Below are positions 27,727 to 41,395 of a stretch of DNA of 64,000 nt, in pieces. Location of the stretch: contig NGBS01000295.1 in assembly GCA_002245135.1 (NCBI GenBank), positions 186,001 to 250,000 on the forward strand, written 5' to 3'. The notes beneath the pieces are model-generated. The model saw only the letters and a program-made list of their open reading frames with translations. It did not search any database and was not told the DNA's origin. The DNA is from Proteromonas lacertae. Lineage: Eukaryota. The position numbers were made by a program, and so were the translations under genes. How positions within the stretch are numbered: position 1 is the stretch's first letter; every line of letters begins with the position of its first letter.

Positions 27727-29877
27727 ATGAAATTAATAAATTCAGATATTGGCTTAAGAGGGTATATTGAAATTAATTGAATAATATATTTGAATAGCTT
27801 GGGGAGAGATTTAGTGAATGAAGGATATGGTGATATGAAAGTGATAATAAAAGGAGAAGAAGTGTTGTGTGTAAAATCGTTGTTATTACATGGTAATAAA
27901 ACGTTCAAGAAATTGATAGAAGATGATCAATTCAATGGTGTGTTAGAGTTATATGATTGTTGTGATGTTGAGTTATATTATGAGATAGAGAAGTATTACA
28001 GTGGTGGAACAATGGAATTAAGAGATGATAATGTATGTAAAATGTTATCATTTTGTTTATATTATAATGATATGTTTTTATTACAAAAATGTAAGAAATA
28101 TATTAAAAATCATTTAAATGACTTAATGATGATGGAAATATTTAATACTCTGCATGAAATAAATAGTAAAAGTATAAGTGATATAAAGGATATGTGTGAA
28201 GATTATATCAAAAGAAATGGTTATAAATATTTAAGAAATGAAGAATTATTATTCAAACTAACAATCGAAGATTTAGAATTTATATTAAGTTGTAATAATT
28301 TGATAATTGAGAATGAAACTTGGTTGTTGAATCAATTATTGAAATGGAAAAATGAAATGATGAATATGAATATGAATAAAAATGAAGATGAAGTGAATGA
28401 ATTAAAAGAAGAGTTTAAACAATTATTAAAGAAATATATTCATTTAGAAAAGATAAAAATTGAAGAAATGTCAAATAAAACAATGTCAGAAATAAAAGAA
28501 CTGAATTTATATGATGAAATCAAAAGAGTTAATCATATATCAATAGATTTGAGAGAAATTTCGAATGATAAAATACAAGAAATGATATATAAATACTATC
28601 ATAGAAGAAGATAAAGCAACAATCGAAGTAGAAGATATGAAAATGTTAAACCAAAATAATTTAGAAGAAATAATTGCTATATTATTAAACAAAGAAGAAA
28701 TAAAAATGAATGAAATTGGTTTATTAATGATAATAGATAGTGGAATAGAATATGAAAGTATAGAATATAAATAATTATATATTTGAATAGTTGAAAAAGA
28801 CAAGAAAAGTCTATTTTTAAAGAGATTATTAAATGAAAAAGAGAATGAAAGAACAGTTAAATGTTTATGTTTGTTTGTTGATGAAAATAAGCATATTTCA
28901 ACAATTGAAGATCTTTGTGGAATTGACACTCTATTCAAAATATTGAATTTCCACTATCATTTAAGTGAAGAATCAATTCAGCATATAATTAATTATATCT
29001 ATGAAAGTGGTTTAAATGAAGAAGAAGATAATCGTATAACAGAAATAATCGCTGATAAAGAAATGATTGAAAGAATATTAGTAAAGAAAATTACGTCTTT
29101 TTCATATCCTCAATCAGAATATTCATTTATATTAGATGAAGAAATCTCAATAATTCCTTCATTTGATGGAATAAAATGTGAATTTTCAATAAATCCATTT
29201 TTACCTGAAGGAATAGCGATTGATAAAGACAGTGGAATAATTCATGGAAAAGTAAATAAAGAAATCGAAAAGAGAGAATATGAAATAACATGTAAGAATA
29301 TTCTAAATGAAAAGAAATTCAAAATATCATTAGAATCAATCAGTTTCACCGAATTAAACAAAAATGATGGAATATCAATCTCAAATAATGGAAAATTAAT
29401 AACAAAGACAAGTAGAAATCGTTTATGTTCATTGTTATTTGAATTTGAAAACTGGAAAAGTGGAATTATATCATATCAAATACAAATTCAAGTAAAAGAA
29501 ATAATAATTCCAATTCTAGTGACAATGATTATTCTTATGGATTTATCAACTAATAATGCATATTCTGGTGATAGATATTTATAATCAATCAACAACATGT
29601 AATTATTATGCATGGAATGGTAAAAGTCAAGATATTGACTTTATATCTGTCATATTGGAACAGTTGTTAATAAAAATCCAAATTTCAATAATCATAGGAG
29701 ATGGTTCAATTTATGAAGTGATTGTTGATATGAATAAAAGAGAATGTGTGGATAAGTCATAATAATTCATCTCCTGTTTTACTTGTTAAAGATTTACCTT
29801 CTCCATTATATCCTTATGTCTCAATATACCCACTTAATAATTCCATGGAATTATTATCAGTTTCTCATCAAAATTGA
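27727..29877 (+). CDS. BTB/BACK - putative Ig (He_PIG-like) - SPRY-like protein, copy A; several frameshifts (assembly error or pseudogene)
   Basis: BTB-like GYGDMKVIIKGEEV..VKSLL, BACK-like ENETWLL, LPEGIAIDKDSGIIHGK, C-terminal IYEVIVDMNKREC..LYPYVS; frame breaks near 28600, 29420-29580 and 29750. Confidence 0.65.
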
Positions 29878-30224
29878 ATAGTTAATTACTAAATTCTTAT
29901 AATTTGCTAAATTTGTGTTGTTTATTGATATTAATACTCAAATATAATAGTATATCATTAATTTTCTATAAAAAGAATTGATAAACAATATTAACAATGT
30001 CAATATAACAATATATCCACAATAACACCAACTATCACTAAAACTTACTACTCATCATTTATATCATCATATCATATTCAATATGCATTAATAAATTACA
30101 ATTGAGTATTATTATATTTATCATACCTTCTGCTATATGATTTAAATCACATTTTAATTTTTGGGTTATTCAAAATTTTGATAAAAATCTAATTTCGTTA
30201 TTTTTGTTATATATTTACATAAAG

Positions 30225-32387
30225 ATGATAATAAAAGTGAATAAAAGCATAAGAGAAAATGGGTATATATTATATTTATTTTTATGATAGATTATGTCGA
30301 AAATTGGTTGAAAGTGGTTTTGGTGATATAGAAGTGAAGATTGGAGATAGCCGAATAATGTCAATCAAGTCAATTTTAGTGAATGGAAATGAAACTGTAA
30401 AGAAACTGTTGTTAGATCGTGAGTTTGTTGGAGTTTTGGAGTTATATGAAGAAATCGAAGAAATTGGCTATTATGAGATGGAGAAATACTACAGTGGTGG
30501 TGAACTGATAATCTGTAAAGAGAGTGTATGTGAAGTGTTGATGTTTTGTTTATGTTATTGTGAAAAAGAGATAATAAATGATTGTTATGAATTTGTGAAG
30601 AATAATATAGATGATGAAGTATTAATGAAATTAATTCATATCTGTAATGTATTTGGTGGATGTTTGAGAGAGATAGAAGACTTGAAAAATATGGAAATAG
30701 AAAAGCGAGGATATAAATATTTATATAAGAATGAATATTTGTTGAGATTAGAAATGAATAATTTGATTGAGATATTAAATATGAAAGATGTGATAATAGT
30801 GAAGTGAGTTATGGTTATTAAATCGGTTATTCGAATGGTATAAATTCCAAAAGAATAAGAAAGAAAATAAAGAGATAGAAGATGATTTTAAGCAATTGAT
30901 AGAAGAAGATATTGATTGTGAAAAGATAAAAGAGAAAGAGATAGAAAAAGAGAATAAAGAAATGTTGAAAGAAATGAAAATAGAATTAAAGAAAAATGAA
31001 TGTAAAAATCATATAGAAATATATTTAATAAAAGATGAGAGAATTCAAAATGTAATAATCAACAATTACAATGAAGATAATGAAGAAGACTTTAATGAAG
31101 AAGAAGACTTTAATGAAGAAGAAAGAGAAATATTGGATATAATAAAAGAAGAAGAATTGAATGATGAAATAATGATGTATATTAGAAATGAATAACATAA
31201 AAATGACCGAAATAGTATTGATGATAATGAAATATAAAAATATGAAAAAGGAAAGTATAAATACTAAAAATATATTTAAATAGAATATATCTCAAATATC
31301 GAAAAGAGAAATTTATTGGAAAGATTATGTTTGGAATATGATGAGAATAAAAGAAATCGAACAATGAAATGTTTATATTTGTTTGTTGATGATAAGAAGA
31401 GTGTTTCAATAATAGAAGAAGTATGTGGAAAAGAAATTCTTTTCAGTATGTTAAATGAAGATAATTATTTAAACTCCAACTCTAAAGAATTATTAATCCA
31501 ATATATTCAAGAAATGAAATTGGGTTTAGAAGAAGAAGAAGAAATGATAAAAATAATCATAAATGATGAAATTCTACATGAAATAATAAAAGAAATATCA
31601 TCCTTTTCATATCCTCATTCAGAATATATATTTGGATTAAATGAAGAAATCTCAATAATTCCTTCGTTTAATGGCTCAATTTGTGAAGTTTTCAATAAAT
31701 CCATCTTTACCAGAAGGAATGATGATAGATAAAGAAAATGGAATAATTCATGGAAAGGCAGAAAAGGAAATTGAAAAGAGAGAATATGAAATAATATGTA
31801 AGAATATTGTAAATGAAAAGAAATACAAAATATTATTAGAATTTATTGATTTTAAATTCGCAGAATTAAACAAAAATGATGGAATATCAATCTCAAATAA
31901 TGGAAAATTAATAACAAATGCAAATAGTGATTTTAATCATTGTTATTTGAATCTGAAAATGGAAAGTGGATTATATCATATCAAATACAAATTCATTAAA
32001 AGAGGTAATGATAAATCCAATAATGATAGGATCATTTTAGGATTATCAACTAATAATACATATTATGGTAAACAGATTTTTAATCAATTAACAACATGTA
32101 ATTATGTTGCATTTACGGTGGTATAAGTGCAGATATTACTGCAGATTATGTCATATTGGAAGCAGTTGTTAATTACAGATCCAAATTTCATCAATCATGG
32201 AGATGGTTCAATTTATGAAGTGATTGTTGATATGAATAAAAGAGAATGTTGGATTAGTCATAATGATTCAGTCTCCTGTTTTACTTGTTAAAGATTTACC
32301 TTCTCCATTATATCCTTATGTCTGATATTGTCCGTTGAATACCATTCAATGGAATTATTATCAGTTTCATATAAAAATAAAACATAA
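30225..32387 (+). CDS. BTB/BACK - putative Ig - SPRY-like protein, copy B; several frameshifts
   Basis: Same architecture as copy A, with near-identical 3' stretches (e.g. gaattaaacaaaaatgatggaatatcaatctcaaataatggaaaattaataaca); frame breaks near 30805, 31686 and 32120-32340. Confidence 0.65.
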
Positions 32388-32513
32388 TTGTTGAATTTTA
32401 TATAATAATAACTTCTATATAGTGTTTATAAAAGAAAATAAAAGAAGAAAATAATTAATATCAGGCTTGATTACCTATTTGATTTCTCATTTCATTTTTG
32501 TTATTTCAATAAA

Positions 32514-33795
32514 ATGGGTATTCTAGAAAAGATAAAAGAAATTGGTATATATGAATATAATAATGTAATATATAGAAGATGAAATGGCTCGAACTCAAAA
32601 GAATAAAGCAACTGAGTTTCATTTTGGGGTAATGAAAGCTCGTTTAGCAAAACTAAGAACAGAAGTATATAAAAGTGATAAATCTAAAACTAATAGTTAC
32701 TATGTCCAAAGACATCAGGCGGTAAAAGTGGAGAAGGCTTTGATGTAGCAAAAAGTGGTGATGCTCGAGTTGCTTTGATTGGTTTTCCTAGTGTTGGTAA
32801 ATCCAGTTTATTGAGTGTATTAACGAAAACTGAATCTGAACAAGCTGCTTATGATTTTACTACTTTGACCTGTATACCAGGAAATATCGAATATAAAGGT
32901 TTAAAAATTCAATTATTAGATTTACCAGGTATAATCGAAGGTGCAGCTTATGGTAAAGGTCGAGGTCGTCAAGTAATATCAGTAGCTAAAAGTGCTGATT
33001 TAATCTTAATGGTATTAGATGCTTCAAAAGAAGAAGAAAAAAATCATCGTGCTTTATTAGAACATGAATTAGAATTAGTTGGATTACGGTTAAACCGTCA
33101 ACCTCCCAATATAACATTCAAAATAACTCATGGAGGTGGAGTGAATTTTTCCACAACAGTAAAATTAACGAAATTTGGTGAAGATCCAGCTAAAGAAGTA
33201 TATAATATATTACATGAATATCGAATTCATAATGCGAATGTGCTTATTCCGTGAAGACTGTAGTCCTGATGATTTTATTGATGTAGTAGAAGGAAATCGA
33301 AAATATGTAAAATGTTTATATGTTTATAATAAAATTGATAATATTGATATAGAAGATTTAGATGCCTTAGCTCATTTACCTTATTCAACAGTTTGTTCTG
33401 TTCATATGAATTTGAATTTAGATTATTTACTAGAAGAATTATGGAAATCGATGGGTTTAATAAGAGTATATACTAAACCTAGAGGAGAAGCACCTGATTT
33501 TACTGAACCAGTTGTATTATCGTATAGTCGAAATGGTATAACTGTGGAAGGTGCTTGTAAACAAATACATAAAGATTTAGTTGATAAATTCAACTATGCA
33601 TATGTTTGGGGAAGATCAACGAAGTATAACCCTCAACGTGTTGGTATTAATCATATTTTACAAGATGAAGATGTTATTGAGATAGTAACATTGACAGTTC
33701 AACAGGAAAGAAGATCGAAGAATTATAATAAGAAATGTCAAGAAGTATATGATGCGTATAAATTGAGAAAGAAGAAAGCTGCTTTAAAAACATAA
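32514..33795 (+). CDS. DRG2: Developmentally regulated GTP-binding protein (DRG2 type); one extra base near 33243
   Basis: [46 protein letters not shown] domain; HNANV/LFRED junction shifted by one nt. Confidence 0.93.
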
Positions 33796-33904
33796 TTGTA
33801 ATAATAAATTCAATTTTTTATACTTATATCTGTTGATTTAAAAAGATTGAATTTGAATATATTTCTGCTTATTAGCTGATTGTGAAATAAGTGTTGATAA
33901 CAGC

Positions 33905-34968
33905 TTACATTTCTTCTTCAATCCTTCAGTCTCTTTCTCTAACTCATCTGCCTTAATCTTCAAATTTTCAATCAATTTCTGGTGTAAACTGTCATTAAAA
34001 CAAAATATAAGAATATTTATATGTTAAAAAATGATATATTCATTATTTTCTAATGTCAATCTCTGAATATTGATGTTTTCTTGAAATGATTTGCTTTTAT
34101 ACTCATTCAACTCATCAATAATCTTTTTATTGTTATCTTGATAATTAATTACCACTATATATAGAGTATATAATATATATAATATATATACGATTCTCTA
34201 ATGAAGATAATTTATTAATTAATTTGTTTGTTTCTTCTTTCACTTCATTATTCTTCTTGGATATGTCTATTATTGAATCTGAAAGTGTTGATATTTGATT
34301 TCTATTGACATTAATATCAAGAATTGTATTATCAATTGTCTATAGAATATGAAATGATATTTATTCAATATATATATATACTCTTTTTAACTGGTTGATT
34401 ATTTCTGTATAATTTATTGAATCATGAGATTTAACTGGTGTTTGGTCCATTTGTATTAATTTCGTATTTAATTCCACTATATATTGTATGAGTGTAAAAA
34501 ATAGATTCTTACATATTCTCTTGTTTGCTTCTTCCAGTTGTAATTCTAAGACTGATTTTTCTTCTAATAACGTTGCTAAATTATAAATTATGTATAAATA
34601 TTTAAGCTACTTTCTCGCTCTTGATATGTTTCTATGATAAATGGCCAATCATTCTCTTCCTCAGCTTCTTTTTCTCTGATACTCTCATCTGCCTCAAAAA
34701 GAGGTGTGCTATTAGTTAATCAATTAATCGTACATATTAGTCATATCTAGTGTTGATAATGCTGTAACACAACTTAGTTCATTTGTATTTTTTAAGGGAT
34801 CCATTTTTTCTGTCTCTTCCTGTAGAGCCTTCACTTTCTCAACCAACAACTGCAGAGTTCTAACAATAATCAAGTTGATTCGTCATACGATTGAAATTTA
34901 ATCCTTTTCAGAGTGTCTTCAACATTCTATTAAGTGCATTACAACCCTATAACACTTACAGTAGTCAT
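33905..34968 (-). CDS. Hypothetical coiled-coil protein (multi-intron)
   Basis: Spliced MTTNVEDTLKRIKFQS.TLQLLVEKVKALQEETEKMDPLKNTNELSCV...; typical short introns; no family recognised. Confidence 0.5.
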
Positions 34969-35105
34969 TATTTAGTATCAAGCAATAGGCAAGCTTATTT
35001 ATTCGTTAATTGATTTTTAGTTCTATTTAAACTTATTTTTCTAGTGTTATTTATTGTACAATATATTAAGAACCAATCACTCTAAATTTTTAGTGAAATT
35101 TGACT

Positions 35106-37480
35106 ATGTACACAGAAACATCTGTTCTTCCAGATATAAATCAAAGACAGAGTGGATCTTATATGCATTCATCAAATATGAGTCATAGATATTCATATCA
35201 GAACATGAACAGAAGTTCCATTCAAATGCAATATTTGTCAAGTTCAGATGGAATGTCTAACAAAAATAATAGATCTTCACTAAACTTGTATAATAATAAT
35301 AATAAATTAATTATCTTATTTCTTTTAGTTCAAGTCAAACTACAAATCTCCCTTCCATATTTAAACTGCCAAAAGTAAGTAGTCAACCAGCTCCAACTCG
35401 TTTTATTCATAACAATCATCAAAAGAAATTACAACCAAAAGGATCAATGTCAGATTTCTTCACGTTAGGAAAACCAGCAGCATTTCCAGTATCTACGGAT
35501 CCTCGAAGAAAGCCGTTAATGGGTGAAAAAATATCTAGTAAAAGTGATAGTATAATCAAGAAAAAACAAGGTAAAAACTTAAAATCTGAAGAATTAACAA
35601 AAGAAATCCAAAAAGCTTTCAAATCCCACTTTCTATTCAATCAAATGCAAGATGAAGTAGCTAATGCAGTAATAAATGCAATGGAATTGGTTAATGTTCC
35701 AATCGGCACAGTTATTATTAAAGAAGGAGATAAAGGAGATAATTGTTATTATATACAAAGTGGTAAATTTGCATGTTTTGAGAAAGCAAAAGGTAACAAT
35801 ATGATAAATCAATTACATAATGGTGATATCTTTGGTGATTTAGCTTTAATCTATGATTCTCCAAGATCATGTACTGTTCAAGCAATATCCAAGTCAATAG
35901 TATGGAAAATTGACAGACTTACATTCAGGAAGATACTAGTGTATATATCAGAACAAGAAAGGTTGGAAATAAAGAGATTTATTAAGTCCATTTCCTTATT
36001 CGACTGTTTAACTGACGAACAATTGAATATGGTAGTGAATATAATCCAATCTAATATATATAAAGAAGGAACAACTTTATTAAATGAAACAACGTGGAAT
36101 AACAGAATTGTATATCTATTACATGGTGGAAAATGTAAATGTTTTACAACTACAGGTGAAATTGGAATGGATGATAAAAATATTGTATTAGAACGAACAA
36201 TAGAAGCTGGCACTCTAATAGGAGAAGAATATTTTGAGGATAAAATCCCCAATTATACAGTAGTAACAACTAGTAACAGTGTTGAAATCTATAGTTTTAG
36301 TTATATTGATTTCTTAAGATGTGTTGGTAATTTAAAGAAAGTTAAAGAAAGAAATAATCGTCTAAATGCATTGCGTTCTATTGGAATATTCCAATATTTG
36401 AATGATAATCAATTAGAGCAAATAGATGAAGCATTTGAAGAAGTTCATTTCAAATCAGGTGAATATATAATCAAAGAAGGAGAAGTTGGTGATAGATTTT
36501 ATATATTAAAGAAAGGAAGATGTAGAATAACAAAACTAGAAGAAAAAGATGAACAAGCCACCGAAAAGGATAAAGGATTCATAACTCCCGAAGATACAAG
36601 TTATTTTGGTGAATTAGCTTTGTTGAGAGATGATAAAAGATCAGCCAATGTAATTGCCTTGGAAGATGTAATTTGTGACTCTTTAGATAGAAAAGATTTT
36701 ATTAAATTGCTTGGTCCAATGAGAGATTTATTAAATCAACATACAGTAATGCAAACATTGAAGAAATATAAATTATTTGAAGGAGTAGCACAGAATGAAT
36801 TAGAAGAAATTGCACAATCATTTAGATGTAGAAGATATAATAAAAATGATCATATTATCACACAAGGTACTCCAGCAAGAGAATTCTTTATTATATTTGA
36901 AGGTAAAGTAGAGATTATTAAGAATAATCAATTAGATAAATATCGTGTTGGAGAATGTGGTCCAGGTGATTATTTAGGTGAAATTGGATTATTATCTGAT
37001 GAATTAAGAACTGCTTCAGCAATAGCATTGACTACAGTCGATGTATTTGTAATTAGTTGTAAAGACTTCAAAGAAAAATGTCCTCCATTGTTATTAGATA
37101 AATTGATTAAAAAGGCGAATGAAAGAAAAGCTTCTGATGATGAGTTAATTAGATTTTCTCAAAAGAATAAGTTTGAAGATATGCAATTCAGCGATTTAGA
37201 AGTTGTTGCTTTACTTGGTACAGGTGTATTGGGAAGAGTGTCATTAGTAAAATCGAAGAAAACTGGTGATATATATGCATTAAAAGCAATGTACAAAGCT
37301 GCAGTAGTAGAGACAAGACAACAAGAAGCTGTGATTTATGAAAAGAATTTATTAATTCAATTAGATCATCCATTTATATTGAAATTATATAAGACTTTTA
37401 AAGATAAAAATAGATTGTATATGTTGATGGAATATATACAAGGAGGAGAGTTGTATGGATTATTACAGAGATCTGCATAG

Positions 37481-37513
<33 letters not shown>

Positions 37514-38166
37514 ATAGTCATCGTTTAAGACCTTTAAAAGCAAGATTCTATTTAGCATCTGTAATCTCAGCATTAGAGTATATTCACTGTAAAAAGATAG
37601 TTCATCGTGATTTAAAACCAGAGAATATATTAATCGATTCACATGGTTATATTAAACTAATAGATTTTGGTTTTGCTAAAGAAGTTACTGATAAAACTTA
37701 TACATTGTGTGGAACACCTGAATATTTAGCTCCAGAAGTTATCTTAGGAACAGGTTACAATAACAGTTGTGATATATGGTCATTAGGTATTTTGTTATAC
37801 GAAATGTTAGTTGGATATGCTCCTTACAGATCAGAACAAGAAGATCGATTATTTAAAATGATCACTGAAAATAAACTAACATTCCCAGACAAATTCAATG
37901 ACGGTTCAGCTAAAGATTTATTACAGAAGATGTTAGTAGTTGAGCCAAATCGAAGACTTGGTTGTTTAAGAAGAGGAATGAGAGATATCAAAGATCATTC
38001 TTGGTTTAATGGATTTGATTGGATTGGTTTGGATAGAAAAAGGATTGAAGTTCCTTGGATTCCTTATATAAAGAATGAGTTAGATCATAGTAACTTTTCG
38101 TGTGATGAAGCTGATAATCCTACAGAGTATATAGATGATGGAACTGAGTGGGATAAAGAATTTTAG
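35106..38166 (+). CDS. PRKG: cGMP-dependent protein kinase-like (four cNMP-binding domains plus AGC kinase)
   Basis: Phosphate-binding cassettes FGDLALIYDSPRSCTV, FGELALLRDDKRSANV, LGEIGLLSDELRTASA and one degenerate; HRDLKPEN, DFGFAK, CGTPEYLAPE, ends WDKEF; intron 37480-37517 removes the apparent stop. Confidence 0.9.
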
Positions 38167-38377
38167 ACGATTTGAAATATTCTTTGTTTGTTTTGTCTGT
38201 ATTTATTATATATATTATCTATTTATTATCATTATCATTATATATATTTGTAAAATATTATTTTTTAATTCTGTTTTGGATTTGGTTTGAATGAGAAAAT
38301 TGAATGATTATATGTCATGTATTTTTTTATCAGAAAGCTTGAGAAAATTAACAACAACAATACTGAAAATCAATAAG

Positions 38378-39593
38378 TTAAATAGTTAGAATTTTTACAT
38401 TATTTTCTTTATTCAACATTTCTTGAAATTTTGATCTTTCAATATGTAATTCTTCACATATTTCCTCCATACTGTGTTTACCATCAAATAAATGTCTATT
38501 TTCTTGTAATAATTTATTCTCAAATGTATCTTTCTTTATTGGATATAAATGTAATCTCTTTAATATTTTCAAAACTATACCAAAATTAGTCAATATTTTT
38601 GGTTTGTTAATCTCTTTTGTAGATTCTAAATGAACTAAATCTTTAACATCTTTCACTGTCTTTCCATCACTAAAACTCATATAAAATGAAATTACTCTTT
38701 GTATACTATCTTCTATTTTATTAGAAAGATGTTGTTGCTCTTTTTTATCTTTCAAAAAATCAACAATTTTTGGAGTTGAACAATACATATTCATTTCATC
38801 ATATTTATCTACTAATTTCACATATCCAAATGAAATTAACTGTTTTACATGTTGTATTACTATTTTTACATCCATTTTACATATTTCTGCTATTTCAATA
38901 ATTGTTAATGTAGCTGATTCTGATATATATTTCAATACAACTTGTAATGATAAATCAACATCATTCTCTAATACAACTGGTATAATTTCATATCTCAGAG
39001 GCACAGAATATATTGATATTTGTTCAGGTGGGTTTGATAATGGTTTAAATATTTTTAAATTTATATAATTATATTCTCCTATTGGAACACTACATTCTAG
39101 ATTTCTATTTAATTCTAAGAAAATTGATTGAAGTATGGTTGAAAGTGTTTGCTATTTTATTATTATATTTATAATATATATAATAAATACCTTTTGTGTA
39201 TTATCACTCAGAAAATTATATTCTATTTCCATTTTTTTAATGATATTGTTTAATTTCTTTATTATTGGTTTATAACACTTTATATCTTTATTTGAATCAA
39301 ATATAAAACATACATTGAAAATTAGAGCGTTTCTTTCGTAATTATCATTACTAATACAGATAGGACAACCAAGTATTTGTGAATCATTTTTACTTTTAAC
39401 ACAAACAGATATTATTTCACCACATAAAAGTTGTGGTGGAATTATATAATCACAAGCTAGTGAAAAAAGGCTATTCAAATCGTATCTATACATACGATAA
39501 TGAAATCAAGCATACTCTTTTGGATAAGAATATAAAATTATTTTTCCTTTTTTATCATCAAACTCACTGTAGAATATAGATTGTATTTCCATT
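38378..39593 (-). CDS. NPRL2: GATOR1 subunit NPRL2/NPR2
   Basis: IQSIFYSEFDDKKGKKI, DYIIPP.LLCG, GCPICISNDNYERNALIFNVCFIF, FDGKHSMEEIC. Confidence 0.88.
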
Positions 39594-39664
39594 ATAATTC
39601 TGTAGATTCTACAGAAACAGCAAAATATAATTCTAAGATTTGAGGTAATCAAGCTTGTATTAAA

Positions 39665-40314
39665 ATGAATTACATTGATTTCTTTGTTGGTTTGTTATCT
39701 GGGATTGGTTTTACCTTTTTATTCCACTTTATAAAGCATCCAAAATACAAAATTCAAGGTTTAAAAAGTATAAGTTATTGCTAAATAACATTTTAGAAAG
39801 TTCGAAAAGAAAAGGACAGTGACGATGAATCAGAAGATGATAAAAGTGAATTAGGAAATGGAGATAGTTATGACTGGGATGAACCATTGAAAATGGTGTT
39901 ATGTGTTAGAACTGACCTTAAAATGTCTGCTGGTATAGTTATTATATTGAAATTGATAGGTAAAATTGCAGCACAATGTTCACATGCTGCAGTTGGAAGA
40001 GTTGAACATTGTATTAAACAAAATGATCGTATATATTATTTACATGTATTATATTTTTATAATTAGCATTTTACAAACTGTGGAAACGTACAGGATGTGC
40101 AAAAATTGCACTAAAAGTTCCAACAGAAGAAATGTTTTTGAATATAGAAAAAGAAGCTTCAAATCAAGGATTTGATCCATACGTTGTAGCTGATGCTGGT
40201 AGAACTCAAATTGCAGCTGGAAGTTTGACAGTATTAGCAATTGGACCAGCTCCAGTTTCTAGAATTGATAAAATAACAGGAAGACAAGGAGTCTTTCCTC
40301 TACAATTATTATAA
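39665..40314 (+). CDS. PTRH2: Peptidyl-tRNA hydrolase 2
   Basis: N-terminal TM, [47 protein letters not shown]. Confidence 0.93.
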
Positions 40315-40469
40315 ATCACTTTTTTACTTTTTATTTTTTAGTGTTATTGGTATATTCTGTCTATATGACACTATAATTGGTTTTTAAAATATTGTACATT
40401 TTTGGTTATTGAAAAATTTAACCATAACACTTGATTGAGGCTTGTCGTTTCTTTTTTTAATTTTTAAAA

Positions 40470-41284
40470 ATGGAGGGAAAGAAAGATATAGATGAAAAAA
40501 TTGAAGCAGTATTGTTAAAGTTATATAAAAATAGGCTTATGTAGATTTATCTCAGTTTGCTACTTATGAAGATTACTTAGATAGTCAAATAACTGATGTT
40601 GATCGATTTTATTTGGAAGTATAATTGTTTAATGTATTGATTAATAATAATTAGGATGAAGATATTGCTAGGCAATTGGTTGAGCTTGGATATAGAGGAA
40701 ATGGTGAGACTTTAAAAAGAGAAGAGTTTGAAGAGAGAAAGAGAGCTGCTAGAGAAAGACATAATTTAAAACAAAGTGCTCCAAAGACTTTAGCAAGTGC
40801 TGGAAGAGATTTATCTCTATATCCGTTCCTTCAAGCTTTAGCTAGTCGTGAAGAATTAGTTCGAAATGGTAAATTAACTGTATTTATCCATCATCTATTT
40901 ATCTTATATTCATAGTGTATCATATTTTTAAGAGATAAGAATCATCGAGGTCAAGAGATTAGTGGATACATAGATTATGCATTTCGTCTTAAACAAGAGC
41001 CATTTGAACCAATATTTGATCGTAAAAAGAAGTTCATGCCAAAACCCAGTGATTTGAGCTTTTATAACTGGGAAACACAAATGTGTACATCAAATTCAAC
41101 ACCGACATTACAAGTTATAGCAGATAGTGAAAAAGGATTGTTATTTAAATGTAAAAGAGATAGAAAAATAATAAATGTTGATCCAAATGCACTTCCGGGT
41201 GATAACTCAACTAGAACTGAAATTGATACTAAAGAATATTTACAAGTGGTGATATATGATCATATGACTCGTAGAAAATCATAA
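40470..41284 (+). CDS. CFAP299: Cilia- and flagella-associated protein 299 (DUF4464)
   Basis: [69 protein letters not shown]. Confidence 0.88.
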
Positions 41285-41395
41285 TTTTCTTTTATATATT
41301 TTTATTTATGTTAATAAGTGTTATTTTGTTTAATAAAACAAAGAAATAAAAAATAATATTATAATTAATCATTAATAATGTTCTATTTAGTCTAT

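Noticed and set aside
37478..37480. Apparent in-frame TAG in the PKG kinase domain (readthrough or recoding)
   Set aside because: The G is the first base of the 37480-37517 intron; splicing restores the frame
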